From the NCBI GenBank assembly GCA_002269645.1, contig NIVC01005175.1, positions 1 to 23,646 of the forward strand: a stretch of DNA of 23,646 nt, read 5' to 3'. The notes beneath the pieces were generated by a model. That model searched no databases and had not been told where the DNA came from. It saw nothing but the letters and a program-made list of their open reading frames with translations. The DNA is from Macrostomum lignano (lineage: Eukaryota). The translations under genes and the position numbers were made by a program. Below, one piece after another: positions 1-11,600 of the stretch (positions within the stretch are counted from its first letter, which is position 1; every line of letters starts with the position of its first letter).

Positions 1-1242
1 CATCTGAATTATTTTACAAATCATTGATATAGTGAACCATATTTATAGTGCATCCAAAAAATAATAAAAACTGCAACTAAAAACATAAAATGAAATAGAA
101 CTTAAGGATTTATGTGGCTTTTTCTATTGGCAAAATGGTATATGTAAGTCACTATTCTTTTTTTATTAGACCTATATGTTAACTTGCCATGAGAATGGTC
201 AAGGACTAATAGTCATACATGCCCAACAACTGGCTGACCCTGCTGATTCAACTAGGTGGAAGGTAGTGAGAGGTCTGGCCAAGATAATTTGCAAAAATGC
301 CAACCCAAAAAATTGACAAAAAGAGGGGAAGCAAGAAAAAAACACAGGGAAAAGAGAGGCAAAGAATGAACAAAATGAAGGGAAACAAAAGGAAAAAACC
401 CTGTTGCAACCAAGGACAACTAAGTTATAGCCAGAGGCAATTAAGTTAGCTAGAGACAATTGAATTGAAACTAAAGGCAATTGAGTTGCAACAAGAGCAA
501 CTAGTAAAAAGAGCTTATCATATATTCAAAAGCAAAATCATTAAAGTATAAGATATAGAAAAATGGAAAATAATGAAGAAAAGTAAGGAGTATATTTGCA
601 TTAAAAGAAGATAACAAAAAGCTGTTATTAATGGGACCTCAAAAAGATCATTTATATAACCTCCAAAAAGGTCCATCTTTGTTGCAACCCCAAAAGCTAC
701 AATTTTTGTAAAAATTTATTCATATTAGCTAAGCAATATTCTAAATTTGGCCATGTATGCTAATAGTAAAATCCTATATACTAAAAATGAAATGTCTGTA
801 GCTATGCGATAGATTTCAGAAAAATTGGCTCAACCGATTTTCTTCAAACTTGCACCATTCGATCAGAAATTTTCCTGGGACGGTACATGCATCTTGGCTA
901 AGAAATTGCTTAATGTTAAAGGGATTAAATATTCGAAAAACATGCTTTTTTGCAAAGGTCAAGCCAAATTTTTGACTTGAAATGCATTGTAGGAATGCTA
1001 GAGAAAAAACTGACTGGCTGAATTACGATCGTGATAAAGATTGCATCACAACAAGTTGAAAACAGTGTCAAAGAAATGCACACACGACTTGATTTAAATT
1101 GCGTAACCATATTGCTAACTTGAATTGAGACTGATACTGGCTGACTGAGAAATTGATTATGTCACAACTTTCTACTTCAATTGACTTGCTGTAAGAATTG
1201 AATTATAAGGGCCACAATTCATGTTCTCCAATTGAAAAGAGA

Positions 1243-1317
1243 TAGCCGGATGCAAACAGACTGGAATGCTAATGTAGCGACCTGGGTTCGAATCTTAGTA
1301 GTGAAAAATGTTTTTTT
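1243..1317 (+). promoter_or_regulatory. tRNA/SINE-like RNA polymerase III promoter relic (weak A box, B box, T run)
   Basis: GGTTCGAATC at 1285-1294 matches the B-box consensus GTTCRANNC. TAGCCGGATGC at 1243-1253 is A-box-like, ~40 nt upstream. T7 run at 1311-1317. No convincing cloverleaf. Confidence 0.4.
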
Positions 1318-1347
1318 ATTAAAACACCTTAAAAAACACAAAATTCT

Positions 1348-3350
1348 AAACATTAAAGATCCACCATTTCAAACATTAAAGAGCCACAATGTCAAACATT
1401 TAAGAGCCAACATTTCAAACCTAAAAGAGCCACCATGTCGAACATTAAAGAGCCACCATGTCGAACATAAAAGAGCCACCATATCAAACATAAAAGAGTT
1501 ACCATGTCAAACATTAAAGAGCCACCATGTCGAACATTAAAGAGCCACAATGTCAAACATTAAAGAGCCACCATTTCAAACCTAAAAGAGCCACCATGTC
1601 GAACATTAAAAAGCCACCAACTCAAACATTAAAAAGCCACCATGTCAAACATTAAAGAGACACCATTTCAAACCTAAAAGAGTTACCATGTCAAACATTA
1701 AAGAGCCGCCATGTCAAACATAAAACAGACACCATTTAAGAACATTAAAGAGCCACCATGTCGAACATTAAAGAGCCAGATGTCAAACATAAAACAGCCA
1801 CCATTTCGAAAATTAAAGAGCCACCATTTTAAACATTAAAGAGCCACCTTATCAAACATTAAAGAGCCACCATGTCGAACATAAAAGAGCCACCATGTAG
1901 AACATAAAAGAGTCACCATGTCAAACATTAAAGAGCCACCATGTAAAACATTAAAGAGCCACCATGTCGAACATAAAAGAGGTACCATGTCAAACATTAA
2001 AGACCCACCAGGTCAAACATGAAAGTGCCACCATGTCAAATATTAAAAAGCCACCATGTCAAACATTAAAGAGCCACCAGGTCAAACATGAAAGTGCCAC
2101 CATATAAAACATTAAAGAGCCACCATGTCAAACATTAAAGAGACACCAGGTCAAACATATACATGACTCCATGTCAAACATTAAAGAGCCACCATGTCGA
2201 ACATAAAAGGGCCACCATGTCAAATATTAAAGAGCCACCATGTCAAACATTAAAGAGCCACCAGGTCAAACATGAAAGTGCCACCATGTAAAACATTAAA
2301 GAGCCACCATGTCGAACATTTAAGAACCACCATGTCAAACATAAAATAGCCACCATGTGAAACATATAGGTGACTCCATGTAAAACATTAAAGAGCTACC
2401 ATATCAGACATATACATGACTCCATGTCAAACATATACGTGACTCCATGTTAGACATTAAAGAGCCACCATGTCGAACATTAAAGAGCCAACGTGTTAAA
2501 AATACAAGAGCCACCATGTCAAACATATACATGACTCCATGTCAAACATTGAAGAGACACCATGTCGAACATAAAAGAGCCACCATGCAAAACATAAAAG
2601 AGCCACCATGTCTAACATTAAAGAGCCACCATGGCAAACATATACATGACTCTATGTCGAACAATCAAGAGCCACCATGTCAAACATATACATGACTCCA
2701 TGTCAAACGTTAAAGAGACACCATGTCAAACATTAAAGAGCCACCATGTCAAACATTTAAGAGCCACCAGGTCAAACATGAAAGTGCCACCATGTAAAAC
2801 ATTAAAGAGCCACCATGTCAAACATATACGTAACTCCATGTCAAACATTGAAGAGACCCCATGTCAAACATTAAAGAGCCACCACGTCGAACATAAAAGA
2901 GCCACCATGTAAAACATATACGTAACTCCATGTCAAACATTGAAGTGACACCATGTCGAACATAAAAGAGCCACCATGTCGAACATTAAAGAGCCACCAT
3001 GTCGAACATAAAAGAGCTACCATGTCAAACATAAAAGAGCCACCATTTCGAACATTAAAGAGCCACCATTTCGAACATTAAAGAGCCACCATGTCAAACA
3101 TAATAGAGCCACCATGTCAAACATTAAAAAGCCACTTTGTCAAACATAGAAGAGCCCCATGTCAAACATAGAAGAGCCCCCATGTCAAACATAGAAGAGC
3201 CCCCATGTCAAACATAGAAGAGCCACTATGTCAGACATTGAAAAGCCACCGTATCAAACATAAAAGAGTTACCATGTACGAGCGTAGAACATAAAAGAGC
3301 CACCCTGTTAAACATAAAAGATACACAATTTCAAACGTAAAAGTAAGCGA
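1348..3350 (+). repeat. Degenerate 23-bp minisatellite (consensus AAACATTAAAGAGCCACCATGTC), roughly 85 units
   Basis: Period read directly, e.g. units at 1441, 1464, 1487 and 1510. Many variant units. Unit number estimated as length/23. Confidence 0.95.
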
Positions 3351-3404
3351 ATTTTAAAGGAGCCGCTATAATGCTAAGGAAATTGTCGCACTAGCTACTT
3401 ATTG

Positions 3405-4910
3405 TCTGGTGGATGCTTGCTATTTGGGGATGCTATCTATCTTGGGGATGCTTGCTATCTGGGGGATGCTTGCTATCTGGGGGATGCTTGCTATCTGGGG
3501 GATGCTTGCTATCTGGGGGATGCTTGCTATCTGGGGATGCTTGCTATCTGGGGGTTGCTTGCTATCTGAGGGATGCTTGCTATCTTGGGGATGCTTGCTA
3601 TCTGGGGGATGCTTGCTATCTGGGGGATGCTTGCTATCTTGGGGATGCTTGCTATCTGGGGATGCTTGCTATCTTGGGGATGCTTGCTATCTTGGGGATG
3701 CTTGCTATCTGGGGATGCTTGCTATCTGGGGATGCTTGCTATCTGGGGGATGCTTGCAATCTGGGGGATGCTTGCTATCTGGGGGATGCTTGCTATCTTG
3801 GGGATGCTTGCTATCTGGGGGATGCTTGCTATCTGGGGGATGCTTGCTATCTGGGGGATGCTTGCTATCTGGGGGATGCTTGCTATCTGGGGGATGCTTG
3901 CTATCTGGGGGATGCTTGCTATCTGGGGGTTGCTTGCTATCTGGGGGATGCTTGCTATCTGAGGGATGCTTGCTATCTTGGGGATGCTTGCTATCTGGGG
4001 GATGCTTGCTATCTGGGGGATGCTTGCTATCTTGGGATGCTTGCTATCTGGGGGATGCTTGCTATCTTGGGGATGCTTGCTATCTTGGGGATGCTTGCTA
4101 TCTGGGGGATGCTTGCTATCTGGGGGATGCTTGCTATCTGGGGGATGCTTGCTATCTGGGGATGCTTGCAATCTGGGGGACTTTGCTATCTGGGTGATGC
4201 TTGCTATCTGGGGATGCTTGCTATCTTGGGGATGCTTGCTATCTGGGGGATGCTTGCTATCTGGGGGATGCTTGCTATCTGGGGATGCTTGCTATCTGGG
4301 GGATGCTTGCTATCTGGGGGATGCTTGCTATCTGGGGGATGCTTGCTATCTGGGGGATGCTTGCTATCTGGGGATGCTTGCTATCTGGGGATGCTTGCTA
4401 TCTGGGGGATGCTTGCTATCTGGGGATGCTTGCTATCTGGGGGATGCTTGCTATCTGGGGTGCTTGCTATCTGGGGATGCTTGCTATCTGGGGATGCTTG
4501 CTATCTGGGGATGCTTGCTATCTGGGATGCTTGCTATCTGGGGGATGCTTGCTATCTGGGGATGCTTGCTATCTGGGGATGCTTGCTATCTGGGGGATGC
4601 TTGCTATCTGGGGATGCTTGCTATCTGGGGGATGCTTGCTATCTGGGGGATGCTTGCTATCTGGGGGATGCTTGCTATCTGGGGATGCTTGCTATCTGGG
4701 GATGCTTGCTATCTGGGGATGCTTGCTATCTGGGGGATGCTTGCTATCTGGGATGCTTGCTATCTGGGGATGCTTGCTATCTGGGGGATGCTTGCAATCT
4801 GGGGGATGCTGCTATCTGGGGATGCTTGCCATCTTGGGATGCTTGCTATCTAGGGGATGCTTCTATCTAGGGGATGCTTGCTATCTGGGGGATGCTTGCA
4901 GTCTTGGGAT
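3405..4910 (+). repeat. G-rich 16-18 bp minisatellite (consensus GGGGGATGCTTGCTATCT), roughly 85 units
   Basis: Directly visible tandem units. Unit length varies with the G run (3-5 G) and an ATCTT variant. Accounts for all repetitive ORFs at 3409-5058. Confidence 0.97.
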
Positions 4911-5016
4911 GATTTCTTTTTGCAATGCACTTCATTTGAGCAGTTTGTCTGTTGTCTTTTTGAAGGATTTTTGGCTGTCTTTTGTTACTTGTAGAAAACA
5001 GAGATTCTATCCAGAT

Positions 5017-5045
5017 GTCCCCCATCGGGGGGCGAAGATTGCTAG
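5017..5045 (+). other. Helitron 3' terminator (hairpin + CTAG), copy 1
   Basis: 7-bp stem (one G-T pair), 3-nt loop ATC, 8-nt spacer, CTAG. Confidence 0.85.
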
Positions 5046-5666
5046 TCCTATATACTAAAAATGTGATGTCTATATATATATATGTGATAGATTAGAGAAA
5101 AAATGGCTGGACCGATTTTGTTCGAACTTGCACTGTTCGATCAGAAATTTTCCCGTGACGGTACATGCATCGTGGCTAAGAAATTGCTCGATGCTAAAGG
5201 CATTAAATATTCGAAAAACATGCTTTTTTGCAAAGGTCAAGCAAACTTTTTGACTTGAAATGCATTGTAAGAATGCTAGAGAAAAAACTGACTGGTTGAA
5301 TTCTGACTCTGAAATAGATTGCATCATAACTGAATTGTAACTCCGACTTGAATTGAAAATGCAGTGTGGAAGCGTAGCACCAGACTTGATTTAAATTGCG
5401 TAACCATATTGTTAACTGATACTGACTGACTGAGAAACTAATTATGTCATAACTGCTTCGTGTGATTTACTCTATGCTTGGATTTAAAAGTGTTGAGTTA
5501 TATAAGTGCAAAAGTTGATGTTATCAAAACGATGAGAGCTAGCCTAAAGGTGAACAAACTGAACTGCTAAATGCAGTGACGATGGTTTGAATTTTCGATG
5601 GTTTGAATTTGAGTATAATTTTTTTAATTAAAGCTTTTCAATGTCAGGAAAACTAAAAGACTTTTT

Positions 5667-8600
5667 AAAAAGAAGCGTCATATAAAAATCGTAGAAGCGT
5701 CATGTAAACAATCATAGAAGCGTCATGTAAACAATCATAGAAGCGTCATGTAAACAATCATAGAAGCGTCATGTAAAAAATCATAGAAGCGTCATGTAAA
5801 AATCATAGAAGCGTCATGTAACAATCATAGAAGCGTCATGTAAACAATCATAGAAGCGTCATGTAAAAATCATAGAAGCGTCATGTAAAAAATCATAGAA
5901 GCGTCATGTAAAAATCGTAGAAGCGTCATGTAAACAATCATAGAAGCGTCATGTAAAAAATCATAGAAGCGTCATGTAAACAATCATAGAAGCGTCATGT
6001 AAACAATCATAGAAGCGTCATGTACAATCATAGAAGCGTCATGTAAACAATCATAGAAGCGTCATGTAAAAAATCATAGAAGCGTCATGTAAAAATCATA
6101 GAAGCGTCATGTAAAAAATCATAGAAGCGTCATGTAAACAATCATAGAAGCGTCATGTAAAAAATCATAGAAGCGTCATGTAAAAATCATAGAAGCGTCA
6201 TGTAAACAATCATAGAAGCGTCATGTAAAAATCATAGAAGCGTCATGTAAACAATCATAGAAGCGTCATGTAAAAAATCATAGAAGCGTCATGTAAACAA
6301 TCATAGAAGCGTCATGTAAAAAATCATAGAAGCGTCATGTAAACAATCATAGAAGCGTCATGTAAAAATCATAGAAGCGTCATGTAAACAATCATAGAAG
6401 CGTCATGTAAAAATCATAGAAGCGTCATGTAAACAATCATAGAAGCGTCATGTAAAAATCATAGAAGCGTCATGTAAACAATCATAGAAGCGTCATGTAA
6501 AAATCATAGAAGCGTCATGTAAAAATCATAGAAGCGTCATGTAAACAATCATAGAAGCGTCATGTAAACAATCATAGAAGCGTCATGTAAAAATCATAGA
6601 AGCGTCATGTAAAAAATCATAGAAGCGTCATGTAAAAATCATAGAAGCGTCATGTAAACAATCATAGAAGCGTCATGTAAAAATCATAGAAGCGTCATGT
6701 AAACAATCATAGAAGCGTCATGTAAAAATCATAGAAGCGTCATGTAAAAATCATAGAAGCGTCATGTAAAAATCATAGAAGCGTCATGTAAACAATCATA
6801 GAAGCGTCATGTAAAAATCATAGAAGCGTCATGTAAACAATCATAGAAGCGTCATGTAAAAATCATAGAAGCGTCATGTAAACAATCATAGAAGCGTCAT
6901 GTAAAAATCATAGAAGCGTCATGTAAACAATCATAGAAGCGTCATGTAAAAATCATAGAAGCGTCATGTAAAAATCATAGAAGCGTCATGTAAAAAATAG
7001 AAGCGTCATGTAAACAATCATAGAAGCGTCATGTAAACAATCATAGAAGCGTCATGTAAACAATCATAGAAGCGTCATGTAAAAATCATAGAAGCGTCAT
7101 GTAAAAATCATAGAAGCGTCATGTAAAAATCATAGAAGCGTCATGTAAACAATCATAGAAGCGTCATGTAAAAATCATAGAAGCGTCATGTAAACAATCA
7201 TAGAAGCGTCATGTAAAAATCATAGAAGCGTCATGTAAACAATCATAGAAGCGTCATGTAAAAATCATAGAAGCGTCATGTAAACAATCATAGAAGCGTC
7301 ATGTAAAAATCATAGAAGCGTCATGTAAACAATCATAGAAGCGTCATGTAAAAATCATAGAAGCGTCATGTAAACAATCATAGAAGCGTCATGTAAAAAT
7401 CATAGAAGCGTCATGTAAACAATCATAGAAGCGTCATGTAAAAATCATAGAAGCGTCATGTAAACAATCATAGAAGCGTCATGTAAAAATCATAGAAGCG
7501 TCATGTAAACAATCATAGAAGCGTCATGTAAACAATCATAGAAGCGTCATGTAAAAATCATAGAAGCGTCATGTAAACAATCATAGAAGCGTCATGTAAA
7601 CAATCATAGAAGCGTCATGTAAAAATCATAGAAGCGTCATGTAAAAATCATAGAAGCGTCATGTAAAAATCATAGAAGCGTCATGTAAACAATCATAGAA
7701 GCGTCATGTAAAAATCATAGAAGCGTCATGTAAAAATCATAGAAGCGTCATGTAAAAAATCATAGAAGCGTCATGTAAAAATCATAGAAGCGTCATGTAA
7801 ACAATCATAGAAGCGTCATGTAAAAATCATAGAAGCGTCATGTAAAAATCATAGAAGCGTCATGTAAACAATCATAGAAGCGTCATGTAAAAATCATAGA
7901 AGCGTCATGTAAAAATCATAGAAGCGTCATGTAAAAATCATAGAAGCGTCATGTAAACAATCATAGAAGCGTCATGTAAAAATCATAGAAGCGTCATGTA
8001 AACAATCATAGAAGCGTCATGTAAACAATCATAGAAGCGTCATGTAAACAATCATAGAAGCGTCATGTAAACAATCATAGAAGCGTCATGTAAAAATCAT
8101 AGAAGCGTCATGTAAAAATCATAGAAGCGTCATGTAAACAATCATAGAAGCGTCATGTAAAAATCATAGAAGCGTCATGTAAACAATCATAGAAGCGTCA
8201 TGTAAAAATCATAGAAGCGTCATGTAAACAATCATAGAAGCGTCATGTAAAAATCATAGAAGCGTCATGTAAACAATCATAGAAGCGTCATGTAAAAATC
8301 ATAGAAGCGTCATGTAAACAATCATAGAAGCGTCATGTAAACAATCATAGAAGCGTCATGTAAAAATCATAGAAGCGTCATGTAAAAATCATAGAAGCGT
8401 CATGTAAAAATCATAGAAGCGTCATGTAAAAATCATAGAAGCGTCATGTAAACAATCATAGAAGCGTCATGTAAAAATCATAGAAGCGTCATGTAAAAAT
8501 CATAGAAGCGTCATGTAAAAATCATAGAAGCGTCATGTAAACAATCATAGAAGCGTCATGTAAAAATCATAGAAGCGTCATGTAAAAATCATAGAAGCGT

Positions 8601-11600
8601 CATGTAAACAATCATAGAAGCGTCATGTAAAAATCATAGAAGCGTCATGTAAAAATCATAGAAGCGTCATGTAAACAATCATAGAAGCGTCATGTAAACA
8701 ATCATAGAAGCGTCATGTAAACAATCATAGAAGCGTCATGTAAAAATCATAGAAGCGTCATGTAAAAATCATAGAAGCGTCATGTAAAAATCATAGAAGC
8801 GTCATGTAAACAATCATAGAAGCGTCATGTAAAAATCATAGAAGCGTCATGTAAACAATCATAGAAGCGTCATGTAAAAATCATAGAAGCGTCATGTAAA
8901 CAATCATAGAAGCGTCATGTAAACAATCATAGAAGCGTCATGTAAACAATCATAGAAGCGTCATGTAAAAATCATAGAAGCGTCATGTAAAAATCATAGA
9001 AGCGTCATGTAAAAATCATAGAAGCGTCATGTAAACAATCATAGAAGCGTCATGTAAAAATCATAGAAGCGTCATGTAAACAATCATAGAAGCGTCATGT
9101 AAAAATCATAGAAGCGTCATGTAAAAATCATAGAAGCGTCATGTAAAAATCATAGAAGCGTCATGTAAAAATCATAGAAGCGTCATGTAAAAATCATAGA
9201 AGCGTCATGTAAAAATCATAGAAGCGTCATGTAAACAATCATAGAAGCGTCATGTAAACAATCATAGAAGCGTCATGTAAAAATCATAGAAGCGTCATGT
9301 AAAAATCATAGAAGCGTCATGTAAAAATCATAGAAGCGTCATGTAAACAATCATAGAAGCGTCATGTAAAAATCATAGAAGCGTCATGTAAAAAATCATA
9401 GAAGCGTCATGTAAAAATCATAGAAGCGTCATGTAAACAATCATAGAAGCGTCATGTAAACAATCATAGAAGCGTCATGTAAAAATCATAGAAGCGTCAT
9501 GTAAACAATCATAGAAGCGTCATGTAAACAATCATAGAAGCGTCATGTAAAAATCATAGAAGCGTCATGTAAAAAATCATAGAAGCGTCATGTAAAAATC
9601 ATAGAAGCGTCATGTAAACAATCATAGAAGCGTCATGTAAACAATCATAGAAGCGTCATGTAAACAATCATAGAAGCGTCATGTAAACAATCATAGAAGC
9701 GTCATGTAAAAATCATAGAAGCGTCATGTAAACAATCATAGAAGCGTCATGTAAAAATCATAGAAGCGTCATGTAAAAATCATAGAAGCGTCATGTAAAC
9801 AATCATAGAAGCGTCATGTAAAAATCATAGAAGCGTCATGTAAAAATCATAGAAGCGTCATGTAAACAATCATAGAAGCGTCATGTAAAAATCATAGAAG
9901 CGTCATGTAAAAATCATAGAAGCGTCATGTAAACAATCATAGAAGCGTCATGTAAAAATCATAGAAGCGTCATGTAAACAATCATAGAAGCGTCATGTAA
10001 AAATCATAGAAGCGTCATGTAAAAATCATAGAAGCGTCATGTAAAAATCATAGAAGCGTCATGTAAAAATCATAGAAGCGTCATGTAAAAATCATAGAAG
10101 CGTCATGTAAAAATCATAGAAGCGTCATGTAAAAATCATAGAAGCGTCATGTAAAAATCATAGAAGCGTCATGTAAACAATCATAGAAGCGTCATGTAAA
10201 CAATCATAGAAGCGTCATGTAAAAATCATAGAAGCGTCATGTAAAAATCATAGAAGCGTCATGTAAAAATCATAGAAGCGTCATGTAAAAATCATAGAAG
10301 CGTCATGTAAAAATCATAGAAGCGTCATGTAAAAATCATAGAAGCGTCATGTAAAAATCATAGAAGCGTCATGTAAAAATCATAGAAGCGTCATGTAAAC
10401 AATCATAGAAGCGTCATGTAAAAATCATAGAAGCGTCATGTAAAAATCATAGAAGCGTCATGTAAACAATCATAGAAGCGTCATGTAAAAATCATAGAAG
10501 CGTCATGTAAAAATCATAGAAGCGTCATGTAAAAATCATAGAAGCGTCATGTAAAAATCATAGAAGCGTCATGTAAACAATCATAGAAGCGTCATGTAAA
10601 AATCATAGAAGCGTCATGTAAAAATCATAGAAGCGTCATGTAAACAATCATAGAAGCGTCATGTAAACAATCATAGAAGCGTCATGTAAAAATCATAGAA
10701 GCGTCATGTAAAAATCATAGAAGCGTCATGTAAAAATCATAGAAGCGTCATGTAAAAATCATAGAAGCGTCATGTAAAAATCATAGAAGCGTCATGTAAA
10801 AATCATAGAAGCGTCATGTAAACAATCATAGAAGCGTCATGTAAACAATCATAGAAGCGTCATGTAAAAATCATAGAAGCGTCATGTAAACAATCATAGA
10901 AGCGTCATGTAAAAATCATAGAAGCGTCATGTAAACAATCATAGAAGCGTCATGTAAAAATCATAGAAGCGTCATGTAAACAATCATAGAAGCGTCATGT
11001 AAACAATCATAGAAGCGTCATGTAAAAATCATAGAAGCGTCATGTAAAAATCATAGAAGCGTCATGTAAACAATCATAGAAGCGTCATGTAAAAATCATA
11101 GAAGCGTCATGTAAACAATCATAGAAGCGTCATGTAAACAATCATAGAAGCGTCATGTAAAAATCATAGAAGCGTCATGTAAAAATCATAGAAGCGTCAT
11201 GTAAACAATCATAGAAGCGTCATGTAAAAATCATAGAAGCGTCATGTAAAAATCATAGAAGCGTCATGTAAACAATCATAGAAGCGTCATGTAAACAATC
11301 ATAGAAGCGTCATGTAAAAATCATAGAAGCGTCATGTAAAAATCATAGAAGCGTCATGTAAAAATCATAGAAGCGTCATGTAAAAATCATAGAAGCGTCA
11401 TGTAAAAATCATAGAAGCGTCATGTAAAAATCATAGAAGCGTCATGTAAAAATCATAGAAGCGTCATGTAAACAATCATAGAAGCGTCATGTAAAAATCA
11501 TAGAAGCGTCATGTAAAAATCATAGAAGCGTCATGTAAACAATCATAGAAGCGTCATGTAAAAATCATAGAAGCGTCATGTAAAAATCATAGAAGCGTCA

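Larger units (their letters stand above)
772..5045 (+). mobile_element. Non-autonomous Helitron-like element, copy 1, carrying two internal minisatellite arrays
   Basis: Starts A|TCCTATATACTAAAAATG (host A at 771). Ends with hairpin GTCCCCC-ATC-GGGGGGC (5017-5033), 8 nt, then CTAG (5042-5045). The first ~250 bp are ~90% identical by eye to 5046-5300. TC start, hairpin+CTRR end and A|T target are the canonical Helitron signature. No Rep/helicase ORF. Confidence 0.85.

Noticed and set aside
199-560. 93-aa minus-strand ORF, and a plus-strand coiled-coil-like stretch (LETIELKLKAIELQQEQLVKRAY)
   Set aside because: The minus ORF mirrors purine-rich low-complexity DNA. The plus-strand stretch is short, preceded by an in-frame stop and unrecognised.
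925-1110. 61-aa and 85-aa (5070-5327) minus-strand ORFs in the Helitron 5' regions
   Set aside because: The homologous copies do not preserve the same ORF, and there is no Rep/helicase motif.
1232-2912. ORFs with KEPPCQTLKSHHV-like repeats
   Set aside because: Translations of the 23-bp minisatellite (three units = 23 codons), broken by stops; no evidence of a gene.
3409-5058. Long ORFs (up to 485 aa) with MLAIWG / GDACYL / GGCLLS repeats
   Set aside because: All three frames are open because the 18-bp unit lacks stop codons. Frequent 1-bp indels switch frames, so this is a minisatellite artefact.
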